Below are positions 21,400 through 29,767 of a stretch of DNA of 64,000 nucleotides, one piece after another. Positions within the stretch are counted from its first letter, which is position 1. The number at the start of each line of letters is the position of its first letter. The position numbers were made by a program, and so were the translations under genes. The notes beneath the pieces are model-generated. The model searched no databases, was not told the origin of the DNA, and saw only the letters and a list, made by a program, of their open reading frames with translations. Source of the DNA: Nitrospiraceae bacterium (GTDB lineage: Bacteria; Nitrospirota; Nitrospiria; Nitrospirales; Nitrospiraceae); assembly GCA_050246315.1 (NCBI GenBank), contig JBFWWG010000002.1, positions 204,711-268,710 on the forward strand. Direction: 5' to 3'.

Positions 21400-21924
21400 T
21401 TATCTGCCCGACACCAGCTTCCAGAGGGCTGCGATCCCCCAGAGCACCAACACGATGGCCCCAAGAACCACAAGCAGCGTGGTGACCGCCAACGAGAGGA
21501 CGAAGATCCAATCTTGAAGGGTTGAAGGACGCCGTTCCGCCGTCACATGTCGGCGCAGCAGATCCGCATTCCGGGCATTGCTGCGGAACCAGACCGAGAA
21601 CACATCCCCCACGAGCGGTACCGCACCGACAATCGCATTGACGGCCATGTTGGCGGACATCCGAACCAACACGATACGAGGTACCTGAAGCTTGGCTGCG
21701 AGAAGCAGGATCGTTGAACCGATGAGGCCGGCCAACGCATCACCCGCACCGGGCAACAGGCCGAGCAGCGGATCGAGCCCGAATCTGATGCCGGTGCCTG
21801 GGATCCGAAACGACGTATCCAAAATGCGGGCTATCAGGTCCGCAACCCGTCGAAGGTCCTCCCGTTGGTCCTGCGCCGGATCCGGATCAGCATTGTCGCT
21901 CTGCCGGCGGGCCGATTGTTTCAT
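21400..21924 (-). CDS. DUF4112 domain membrane protein
   Basis: LDTSFRIPGTGIRFGLDPLLGLLPGAGD...GAVPLVGD...NARN. Confidence 0.85.
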   Translation of the reverse strand: MKQSARRQSDNADPDPAQDQREDLRRVADLIARILDTSFRIPGTGIRFGLDPLLGLLPGAGDALAGLIGSTILLLAAKLQVPRIVLVRMSANMAVNAIVGAVPLVGDVFSVWFRSNARNADLLRRHVTAERRPSTLQDWIFVLSLAVTTLLVVLGAIVLVLWGIAALWKLVSGR

Positions 21925-22023
21925 CGTCAACCCTTGTGCGAGACTACCGTGGAGGCTGGAAACCTAGAAGCCGACGAGCAAGATCGGTTCATCGGCGGTC
22001 CAATTCGAGCAGGAGAATGAACC

Positions 22024-22434
22024 ATGGATATTCCCGCAACGATCGTGAAGGTCGTCAAGAGCGATGAGCAATGGCGGCAATCGTTGACTCAAGAGCAATA
22101 TCAGGTGCTGCGCAAGGAAGGCACCGAACGGGCCTTCGTCAACGCCTATCATGATAACAAACAGGCCGGCATCTATCACTGCGCCGGGTGCGACCTCCCC
22201 CTCTGGTCCTCCGAGCAGAAGTACGACAGCGGCACCGGCTGGCCGAGTTTTTGGCAGCCGATCGCGCCCCACGTCGTCGCCACCAAGACCGATTTTCACC
22301 TGCTCTATGCCCGCACGGAGGTCCATTGCGCGCGATGCGACGGCCATCAAGGGCATGTCTTCAACGACGGCCCCAGGCCGACGGGGCTCCGGTATTGCAT
22401 CAATTCGGCCGCGATCAAGTTCGTCCCGTCGTAG
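22024..22434 (+). CDS. msrB: Peptide-methionine (R)-S-oxide reductase
   Basis: [44 protein letters not shown]. Confidence 0.95.
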   Translation: MDIPATIVKVVKSDEQWRQSLTQEQYQVLRKEGTERAFVNAYHDNKQAGIYHCAGCDLPLWSSEQKYDSGTGWPSFWQPIAPHVVATKTDFHLLYARTEVHCARCDGHQGHVFNDGPRPTGLRYCINSAAIKFVPS

Positions 22435-22449
22435 AAGAGGGGCAGAAAG

Positions 22450-22572
22450 GAGATGAGAAGTCTTATTCAGGGCCTCATTCCCTGGCGATTAGGAAAGGTT
22501 TTCGTGGCAACGCCAAATTATTGAGACTTGGCGGCTCGACGAGCCCCAAACATTGAATCCCGACCCCATTTA
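22450..22572 (+). repeat. ~125-bp element copy 1 (family R)
   Basis: Aligns with 22877-22998 and 27443-27569; ends ...TGAATCCCGACCCCATTTA. Confidence 0.75.
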
Positions 22573-22742
22573 TTCGACCCCCGGATCTCATCCTCGACGA
22601 CGGTCAGGTACTCGCGAATGGCGTCCTGGATGTTCTGAATAGCCTCCTGCTCCGTCGCGCCTTGGGACCAGCATCCAGGCAGGCCAGGAACCGAGACCGC
22701 GTAGCCTTCCTCCGATTTGTGAAGGGCGATGCGGTATTTCAT
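22518..22742 (-). pseudogene. hicB: HicB-family antitoxin, C-terminally disrupted, no HicA partner
   Basis: MKYRIALHKSEEGYAVSVPGLPGCWSQGATEQEAIQNIQDAI; the frame runs into the family R repeat after EDEIRG. Confidence 0.7.
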
Positions 22743-22876
22743 GGTGAACCTCTTTGTGGCAAATCCATCTTGGCCGCCGTTGCGAGGCAATGCTTCGCTT
22801 GCGGGCCGACTTGAGGACAGTGTATGTATCCATCCAGCGAATGTCCAGGCCAGATGGCCCCTGTGTGGTGTTCGCA

Positions 22877-22998
22877 AGCGGTGTGGGGAGGTTTAGTGAG
22901 GGCTCTAGTTCATGGTGAATAGGGAGTGTTTCCGCGAGGGCGGACTATTGAGTCCTGATATCTCGACGAGTCCCAAACAATGAGTCCCGACCCCATTA
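22877..22998 (+). repeat. ~125-bp element copy 2 (family R)
   Basis: TATTGAGTCCTGATATCTCGACGAGTCCCAAACAATGAGTCCCGACCCCATT. Confidence 0.7.
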
Positions 22999-23005
22999 CT
23001 ATCAC

Positions 23006-23082
23006 TCTTCAACGACGGCCCCAGGCCGACGGGACTCCGGTATTGCATCAATTCGGCCGCGATCAAGTTCATCCCGTCATGA
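23006..23082 (+). repeat. Duplicated 3' end of msrB (att-like direct repeat)
   Basis: 23006-23078 matches 22358-22430 at 71/73 nt and encodes [24 protein letters not shown]. Confidence 0.9.
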
Positions 23083-23159
23083 AACTCAGAATGCACGTCG
23101 TCGAACGTAGTCATGCAGTGATACGTTCCCTATCCATGACGGTTCGTGACACTCTACCC

Positions 23160-23361
23160 GTTTGATGCACAGAGTAGATGGACGAGAACACACGACAGCA
23201 CTCTTGCGCCCGCGGCGGGGTGAAGCCACGACCGGCTTGATGGGATAGCACCTTATCCATATTCCGACTCCACATTCTCAGCAAGCGACGCCAGGATATG
23301 AAACACTGTCGCCCAGGCCGAAGGCGGCATGAATTTCCTCCACCCTTGCCAAATTGCTCAT
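23160..23361 (-). pseudogene. Decayed SnoaL/NTF2-like gene (cassette remnant)
   Basis: MSNLARVEEIHAAFGLGD, frameshift, ILASLAENVESEYG*, then PRRGR; follows the attC with a GGAGG RBS; 3' boundary approximate. Confidence 0.5.
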
Positions 23362-23394
23362 CTCATGTCGCCTCCGTGGTAACAGATTCTTGGC

Positions 23395-23454
23395 GCCCAA
23401 CGGTGGAGTTAATTTGCGGCGCGTAGTGCCGTCGACTTCAACGACTTGTTAGAC
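23395..23454 (-). mobile_element. Integron attC site (60 bp)
   Basis: Minus strand: GTCTAAC-aagtc-GTTGAAGT-cgacggcactacgcgccgca-AATTAAC-tccacc-GTTGGGC, giving RYYYAAC...GTTRRRY with L boxes and canonical spacers; 27 bp after the SIR2 gene stop. Confidence 0.85.
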
Positions 23455-23481
23455 CCCACTGATTGCGGGGCGCTACTCCCG

Positions 23482-26400
23482 TCACTCTCGCATGCCGCAC
23501 CTCCGGAAGTATTCACTTAGTCGCTGGTATCGGGCATCTTGCGCAAGCTGTGGCGCAGCTTGCACGATCTCGTCCAAACATTGCCCCAACTCTGGGGGCG
23601 CCCACTGTTGATCGCCAATCACAGCATCTAACAGACGCAGAGCATCTGCCGGGAATCGTGCGGACAACCCTGATTCGTGCAGTCGATGTACGACGTAATG
23701 TGGATGTTCAATGGGTTGCAGCCAGTCTTGCACCGCAGTCAAAGCAGCGGGAAATTCAGTTCGGGCAGCAATGATCAGCCGGGTCAATGACTCGCCGATT
23801 CGCGGCGTGGCGAGGTTGCGGGACTTGGGCCAAACGTGTTGCCAGAACGGCTGGACCCGGTTCTTCCAATAGTCCTCGCGCTGGTCGGCGGCTCCTTCTA
23901 GGGCCTGAGACAGCGCCTGTGCGCATTCTTCCAGCCCTTCTTGAGGCAGCGCTCCAATCGCAGATCGGAACTCATCCACGGTGTAGCCCTCGGTCGGCCC
24001 GAGCGCTGCGTAAGTCAGGAAAGCTGCGAACTGCTGGCGGTCTTCGCCTAGGTCAGCGTAGTAGTTTGCGCTCTCCAGGAACTGCGGTTTGAACGCAATC
24101 AGCAAGGGCTGATACAAGCGTGGCGACCACAGGAAACCTTCCCACACGGCTTTTGCTTCAACCGGATTGCTCCAACTGAACAGCGGCAAGAGGTGTTGCT
24201 CGGCCCAAGCGCGATCAACGCGGAAGATCGCGATCAATCGCGAACCCAGCAGCACTCGGCCGTGGCGGAACCGATCCACCTGCACATCGCAGATTTCCGT
24301 GAAGAAGGGCTTGATGTCGGTTGGAAGCTGATCGTTGTCGTTCGGATTGCGTTTGAACCAAAGGTTGATCAACGCCTGCGTGACATGCCCGACCGGATGA
24401 TTGATGGCTTCGGTAACAGACTGCTCAATCGGTTCCCCATTGCGAGTCATCCCGGTGCCTGCTTCGAGTGGCAGGGCCAGAACTCGGTGGCACAGGTTCA
24501 ACAGAATTTCCTCGTGCAGATTGATCGACTTTGAAATGGTCTCAATCCACCACGTCACACCGTGGGCAATCTCCTGAAGCACGGCGTCGGGCATGGTCTG
24601 TACCAGAGGCGCGGCGTAGCGCCACATACGCTGAACCTGTTTCCCATTGCCCCATGCATACAGTGCATCACTCCAGCGACTTTTAAGCCAATTTCCCTGC
24701 GCAGCCAAATCAGCGAGAGCGAACAAGCAATTCAAAGGGTGCTTTTTGCAGACATCACGCCATGTGTCCTCGTGGAACGGCCGCCGTTCGGGTTGTGGCT
24801 TTGTAAGCCATTGAACGAGTTCACGCCGCTTTCGAGGTGCGATGTCGACATCCCGGCTTTCTTCATAGTCTGGATCGCCAGTGCCGCTCATCCAGTGGGA
24901 AAACTCGTCACGCTCGTTGGCTGCCACCTGCCATTGCGGGTAGGCATTGGACAGTTCCGCCAAGCGCGCCGCTGCGGGTACCCCCAGGGCGAGGTCCGAG
25001 GCATTCAATTTGGCCAAATGTAGCCAGACTGAACGAGCCACCAAGTCTTGCCACCGTTCCGGTCCCAGATCATCCCGGTACATCTCGCGCGGCGGGCCGG
25101 CCAAGATGGCGGCCTCCAGACGTTCCTGAGCGGCTCCTGCCAATTGGCGCCCCTGCAGAACGAACAGTCTGAACACCTCCCGCCCCGTATCGGTGGACCA
25201 CAGCCACCAGGCGCCATCGGCCAGCAGCCAATCCACCCACTGCTCGGGTGCGATGCACGCCTCCTGGCTGGCAGCAAACAGGGCCAGGCGCTTGAAGGTG
25301 GGATACGGCAACTCGAACCAGGCCTGGGCAATCCGCCTCGCACGAGCACTGTCATTACCGCGAAGCGCCAGCCACGCATCGCGCAGCAATTCGATCAGGC
25401 TCACCCAGTCGCGGAAACCCCGGTTCTGCCAGTGTGGGGTAATGGACGGTAGATCCCAGTGCGATCGGTCGCTGCGGTCGTCGGCCTCACCAAGCTCGCG
25501 CAACAAGTCCAGCGCATCACGTAGCAGTTGCTGAAAATCCTCCAGCAGTTGCGGCAAGGCGGATGTCCAGTGCTCGCCGGCAAGGTCGCGCAGGGCCGAA
25601 TGCACGTGATTGGCGACCAGCACCAGCTCCCAATCCACCAGTTGCCGCAAGCGCGTGGGTTCGCCCGTGTTCTCTTCCTCGTCGCCCCAACGAAACGGCT
25701 TCTTCAAGGCCACCTGGGGGGCGAGCAGCTCACGCAACTCCAGGCGCAGCGTGGTGGTCAGCCCCTCCCGCTTCAGCCGACCTTTCCATTGATAGAGATC
25801 GGGATCGTGCCACACTTTTTTCACCCGGCCACTGAGCAGCAGACGCCACAGTGTGCGCATCAAGGGGCCAGGGATGGCCTTGGGCGCCTGTAAGCGGATT
25901 TCATCCCGTTCGGCGGTCTTGCCGTCACGCTCCAGCAAGGCAAAGCGGTCCAGTTCGTCCTCGATCAGCCGCGGCCAGCGGTCATGCAACTGGCCGCCAC
26001 GTTGCGCGATCCAGATGACCAGCCGCGGGTCATCCAGATGGCGCGTGAGCCAGCGGGCCAGATGAACCATCACGTCGTCCCACTGGCTGCCGGTGACGCC
26101 ACCGGAGGCCAGCAGCATCGGTGGCGCGCGGTCATAGGGCGCTGGCCGGCGAATCAGGCTGAAACGCAATTTGGCGTCTGCCTCGTCGCGTGACGGCACG
26201 CCGAAGCGAGCCAGATCGCTGTGCTGAAAGCGTTCGTCCGAGAAGGCCTCCAGCAACCAGTCCAGCGAAGGGACGGGGTTGAAGTCGGCAAAACGTCTGG
26301 CCGGCAGTCCCGATTTGTCCGACAAGGCCCACAACATCCGGCCGACGAAATCGTCTTGTTGCGTGCTTGCCGAAGGCCGTGCCAGGGCGTGGCTGACGAC

Positions 26401-27312
26401 GATGCGCTCCTTGCCCAGGACGCCGTCGCGGTAGGTGTCCGCCCAGGCGTGCAAGGTTTCATGGAGTGCCGAATGGTCATGACTGCCAGTGGGTACTTGG
26501 TAAAGGATGGGCGTGACGCCCTTGGCTTCCCACTCGATGGTCTTGCGGTGTTCCTGCCCCGGCTCGCAATCGCCCAGCGCCCAGGCTTGCGGCGTGACTT
26601 CGCCCAACATCCGGTCGGCGGCCAGCGCATCCATCATGTAGCGCAACACCGGATCGTTGATGCTGTAGCCCACGAAGCAGACCACGTAGTTGCGGAACAG
26701 CTCGCTGACAAAACGGGCGGCCCAGCGTTCGGTGAGGTAGGCCAGGCCGAAATCGCCGCTGGTGACCACCAGCCGGTTCAGGGCCGTGTCGTCCTCTTTT
26801 TCGGGCAGCAGGCCGTGCAGGTAGACCAGCCCGTTCCAGCGGCTGTTCTTCGGGATCGGCAACATCGGCGCGGCATAGGCCTGGAACGCTTGGCCTGTGC
26901 GCTTAGCCGCCGTATGAAACACGCGGTCGAAGTTGGTGGTGACGAGCCGCAGCGCGCCGGCGCGGCTGCGCGCCAGCCGCAACAGTGCCGCCTGCGTATC
27001 GGTGGCACCCTTGCGGCGCAACTGGGGTTTCAGTGCCTGCGCCAGTGCACGGCGGACGGCCAGCCGCTGCCCAGGCAGGCGCTGCTCTAGCCGGTCGAGC
27101 GTGGCGTCGAACTGCCAACGGTCGAATGCCTCGCGCTCGATGTCCGAGAGCGCTGTGCTGTTCAGCTGGTAGATTTTCTCCACCAGCCCCTTGAAGTCTG
27201 GCAGGCCGGCGGGGTACGAAATGCCCGCGCCGCAGAAAAACACCACGCGACCTTCCTCGTGCGCCTGCAAGAGCGCATCCGGAATATCGGGGCCGTAGGT
27301 GATGAATTGCAT
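23482..27312 (-). CDS. dsr1: Anti-phage defence-associated sirtuin, Dsr1-type (SIR2_2 + DUF4020-like)
   Basis: VFFCGAGIS, LVTTNFD, LVYLHG, DFGLAYLTERWA, FVGYSINDP SIR2 motifs; long helical C-terminus with AINHPVG and WEGFLWSPR; 1276 aa. Confidence 0.85.
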   Translation of the reverse strand: MQFITYGPDIPDALLQAHEEGRVVFFCGAGISYPAGLPDFKGLVEKIYQLNSTALSDIEREAFDRWQFDATLDRLEQRLPGQRLAVRRALAQALKPQLRRKGATDTQAALLRLARSRAGALRLVTTNFDRVFHTAAKRTGQAFQAYAAPMLPIPKNSRWNGLVYLHGLLPEKEDDTALNRLVVTSGDFGLAYLTERWAARFVSELFRNYVVCFVGYSINDPVLRYMMDALAADRMLGEVTPQAWALGDCEPGQEHRKTIEWEAKGVTPILYQVPTGSHDHSALHETLHAWADTYRDGVLGKERIVVSHALARPSASTQQDDFVGRMLWALSDKSGLPARRFADFNPVPSLDWLLEAFSDERFQHSDLARFGVPSRDEADAKLRFSLIRRPAPYDRAPPMLLASGGVTGSQWDDVMVHLARWLTRHLDDPRLVIWIAQRGGQLHDRWPRLIEDELDRFALLERDGKTAERDEIRLQAPKAIPGPLMRTLWRLLLSGRVKKVWHDPDLYQWKGRLKREGLTTTLRLELRELLAPQVALKKPFRWGDEEENTGEPTRLRQLVDWELVLVANHVHSALRDLAGEHWTSALPQLLEDFQQLLRDALDLLRELGEADDRSDRSHWDLPSITPHWQNRGFRDWVSLIELLRDAWLALRGNDSARARRIAQAWFELPYPTFKRLALFAASQEACIAPEQWVDWLLADGAWWLWSTDTGREVFRLFVLQGRQLAGAAQERLEAAILAGPPREMYRDDLGPERWQDLVARSVWLHLAKLNASDLALGVPAAARLAELSNAYPQWQVAANERDEFSHWMSGTGDPDYEESRDVDIAPRKRRELVQWLTKPQPERRPFHEDTWRDVCKKHPLNCLFALADLAAQGNWLKSRWSDALYAWGNGKQVQRMWRYAAPLVQTMPDAVLQEIAHGVTWWIETISKSINLHEEILLNLCHRVLALPLEAGTGMTRNGEPIEQSVTEAINHPVGHVTQALINLWFKRNPNDNDQLPTDIKPFFTEICDVQVDRFRHGRVLLGSRLIAIFRVDRAWAEQHLLPLFSWSNPVEAKAVWEGFLWSPRLYQPLLIAFKPQFLESANYYADLGEDRQQFAAFLTYAALGPTEGYTVDEFRSAIGALPQEGLEECAQALSQALEGAADQREDYWKNRVQPFWQHVWPKSRNLATPRIGESLTRLIIAARTEFPAALTAVQDWLQPIEHPHYVVHRLHESGLSARFPADALRLLDAVIGDQQWAPPELGQCLDEIVQAAPQLAQDARYQRLSEYFRRCGMRE

Positions 27313-27442
27313 TCCTTGTGTTTTCTATCCAATACGCGCGTGCATTCGAGCGACTGAGAGCTCAGTCGGTCGAACACTCCCATTGAACGGCGCCGTGAAG
27401 CGCGCCGACCTCGCCCACGTGATTAGGCGTCGAGCGAAGCAG

Positions 27443-27569
27443 ATGCAGGGTCGGAGGTCTTAATCAAGTCCTATCGCCCTGGTGAATTGGAAATGTTTTC
27501 GTGACATCGGCAGATTATTGGGTCTTGGCGTCTTGACGAGCCTCGGAAAATGACTACCGCCCCCATTTA
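27443..27569 (+). repeat. ~125-bp element copy 3 (family R)
   Basis: GGGTCGGAGGTC...TTATTGGGTCTTGGCGTCTTGACGAGCCTCGGAAAATGACTACCGCCCCCATTTA; ends are roughly inverted repeats. Confidence 0.7.
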
Positions 27570-27575
27570 ACCATG

Positions 27576-27623
27576 CAGTTGTTTCAACTGGGTTTTGACG
27601 TCATAATGCGAGTTGTATAGGAT
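27576..27623 (+). promoter_or_regulatory. TA-module promoter with palindromic operator
   Basis: CAGTTG-ttt-CAACTG (27576-27590), then TTGACG-17 bp-TAGGAT. Confidence 0.5.
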
Positions 27624-27649
27624 CTTAGCCCTTTAAGGGGGAGGACGAT

Positions 27650-27850
27650 ATGTCGACGGCGGAACGCATTTTCAAAGAAGCACAGAAACTTCCCGATAGG
27701 CTAGCGGAAGAGGTACTGGATTTTATCAAGTACATTGAACTGAGGCACGGACTGAGAGACCGACTCACTGAAGAACTGAAACGGGCGCAGGAACCGGCCA
27801 TGCGCCATGTGTGGGACAACATCGAAGACGAGGTTTGGGATGGCGTGTAA
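27650..27850 (+). CDS. DUF2281-family antitoxin
   Basis: LPDRLAEEVLDFIKY and acidic WDNIEDEVWD tail; GGAGG RBS; overlaps toxin start. Confidence 0.8.
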   Translation: MSTAERIFKEAQKLPDRLAEEVLDFIKYIELRHGLRDRLTEELKRAQEPAMRHVWDNIEDEVWDGV

Positions 27851-28178
27851 GCCCGGCGATCTTGTTTTGATTCCATTTCCGTTCTCCGATCTGCAATCGA
27901 CGAAGAAGCGCCCTGTAATGGTCTTAACCGCACCGGATCGACATGCCGACTTCATTGAATTGGCCCTCACTTCGGTCCCGCAGCAGACCCACGCCCTTCA
28001 AGTTGATTCAGCCAGCATGACGGAAGGGATACTCCCTAAACTGTGCTGGATCAGGTTCGACAAAGTCTTCACCCTTTCCGAGAGCAGCATCATCAAAACC
28101 TTTGGTAAATTATCCTCACAGACGTTGCAGAGCGTGTTGCAAGGACTCTGTTCTGTCGTGGGATACGGTCCCAGATAA
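27840..28178 (+). CDS. mazF: PemK/MazF-family toxin
   Basis: GDLVLIPFPFSDLQSTKKRPVMVL...IRFDKVFTL. Confidence 0.85.
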   Translation: MACKPGDLVLIPFPFSDLQSTKKRPVMVLTAPDRHADFIELALTSVPQQTHALQVDSASMTEGILPKLCWIRFDKVFTLSESSIIKTFGKLSSQTLQSVLQGLCSVVGYGPR

Positions 28179-28205
28179 CCCCGATTCGACGATGTCACCA
28201 CCGCT

Positions 28206-28257
28206 TGCCTCCCTGCTCGCGGTTTCTTCACGAACCGTCACGAATAATGTGGACTAC
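28206..28257 (+). mobile_element. Truncated MITE (family A) right end
   Basis: TGCCTCCCTGCTCGCGG...TCACGAACCGTCACGAATAATGTGGACTA; overlaps the hydrolase stop codon. Confidence 0.65.
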
Positions 28258-29393
28258 GTGGAGCGCATCTCCCACTGATTGCCCATCATGCCCACTTTGT
28301 TGCGATGTCGCCGAAGATCGTCGTGCGGCATGCTGTCGATGCTCATGCGGATATCCGCGTTCACATGACCCACTAGATAGTAACTATGTTCGACCAGACC
28401 CTTCACGATGCTTGTGCAGTCGATCTGGTGCACCTTGTTATGCACCAGTGTCGGCCGGGCCGGGCCGTTCGATCCCAATCGGTCGGGATTGCCTTTGGTA
28501 TAGTCCGAGACGACCAATGCCGCGTCGCCACGGTTATAATAGACGCTCACGCTTCTGCCGAACTCGTGGAGTCGCCCCAGTGGGTGCCCCTCTTCCAATG
28601 CCGTATCGTCCACGTCGGGAGAGCAGAGAAAGATGTGTTCGAACAGACGAGGCAATGCGTTCCCCGGTGTGAAAGCGTCGCACCGTGTGAGCGCGTTTTG
28701 CAATAGATAGTTGCCCATGGAATGACACAACAGATGGAGATCCTGCTTGCAGAGCTCCTCCTCCGAACGACGCAGACTCGCGAGAAAATCCCGCACCTTC
28801 AGAATCCCGCGCCCCACCGCGTTGCCTGAACCGGCCGCCTCCGACCGGTCCGATTTGTAGGACACGAAGGGTAGCGCCATCCCGTCAGACGGCCAACTGA
28901 ACAGCACCACCTGCACATGCTGTTTCGGATCCCCCTCTGGACAATGATTCAGCATTTCCTGGAGCGACAGGGCCGAGCCGACCGCGTCAACCCAGGAGAC
29001 GTTGAAGCCATGGATATAGATCAGCACATCCGTATTCTTGAACATGATCGCTTGCAGATCGGAAAACGCCGCCTGCGATCCCAACTTGATCTTCTCCTGT
29101 TGACCCTCCGCGACGGATCGATCGATCTTTTCGCGATAGGCGACAATGTCGGCGGACTCAGCGCACTTGGAGAGATATTTGATCAAGCCCTCGCCGTTCC
29201 CCTGTCCCATGATCCCGCAGTCCGCATCCAAGAACTTGGCCATCTTGGCCTCATCGGCCTCCACGGTCAGCCTGCCGAAACGGAGGTTCTCAACCCCGTC
29301 GTCGCTGAATTTCTTGCCGTAGCCGTCGGGGTGCCAGCGGTCCTTGCCGAGGTAATTGCGGTTGGTTGCGTAGAAGAGTTCTAGCTCGGTCAT
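28254..29393 (-). CDS. Alpha/beta hydrolase (DUF900-like)
   Basis: FYATNR, YIHGFNV, FSWPSDG, CHSMGN nucleophile elbow, HSYY. Confidence 0.85.
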   Translation of the reverse strand: MTELELFYATNRNYLGKDRWHPDGYGKKFSDDGVENLRFGRLTVEADEAKMAKFLDADCGIMGQGNGEGLIKYLSKCAESADIVAYREKIDRSVAEGQQEKIKLGSQAAFSDLQAIMFKNTDVLIYIHGFNVSWVDAVGSALSLQEMLNHCPEGDPKQHVQVVLFSWPSDGMALPFVSYKSDRSEAAGSGNAVGRGILKVRDFLASLRRSEEELCKQDLHLLCHSMGNYLLQNALTRCDAFTPGNALPRLFEHIFLCSPDVDDTALEEGHPLGRLHEFGRSVSVYYNRGDAALVVSDYTKGNPDRLGSNGPARPTLVHNKVHQIDCTSIVKGLVEHSYYLVGHVNADIRMSIDSMPHDDLRRHRNKVGMMGNQWEMRST

Positions 29394-29405
29394 GCTCGTG
29401 GCTCC

Positions 29406-29647
29406 TTAGCGCGCATTATTCATGAACGCTGTTATTGCAATTGCGGATTCGCTGCTGGGCACCCATTGCTCCAAGATTGCAATGGGTCCCGGCCTGCGTG
29501 CGGAGTTTCAGCACGCAAGAGAGCGGGCTCGCCGCTCGGTCGGTCAACATACTGTTTCAAGTATGCCTCCCTCCTTCGCGGCTCCACGCGCCCGTCTCGC
29601 GACGCGACCCCACAATTTCGCGACAAACCGTCATGAATAATGCGCGC
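29406..29647. mobile_element. Complete MITE (family A)
   Basis: Perfect 17-bp TIR GCGCGCATTATTCATGA (29409-29425 / 29631-29647); internal core shared with 63179-63498. Confidence 0.85.
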
Positions 29648-29767
29648 CGCATATCGTGAAATGCTGTCACCGGCGCCGGCGGCGCTCGGCGAGATGTCCA
29701 TATCGGCTTCGACGACTGAAGTCAAGAACGAGCTGTCTGGATGCGCTCCACGAGCAATCGACTCGTC

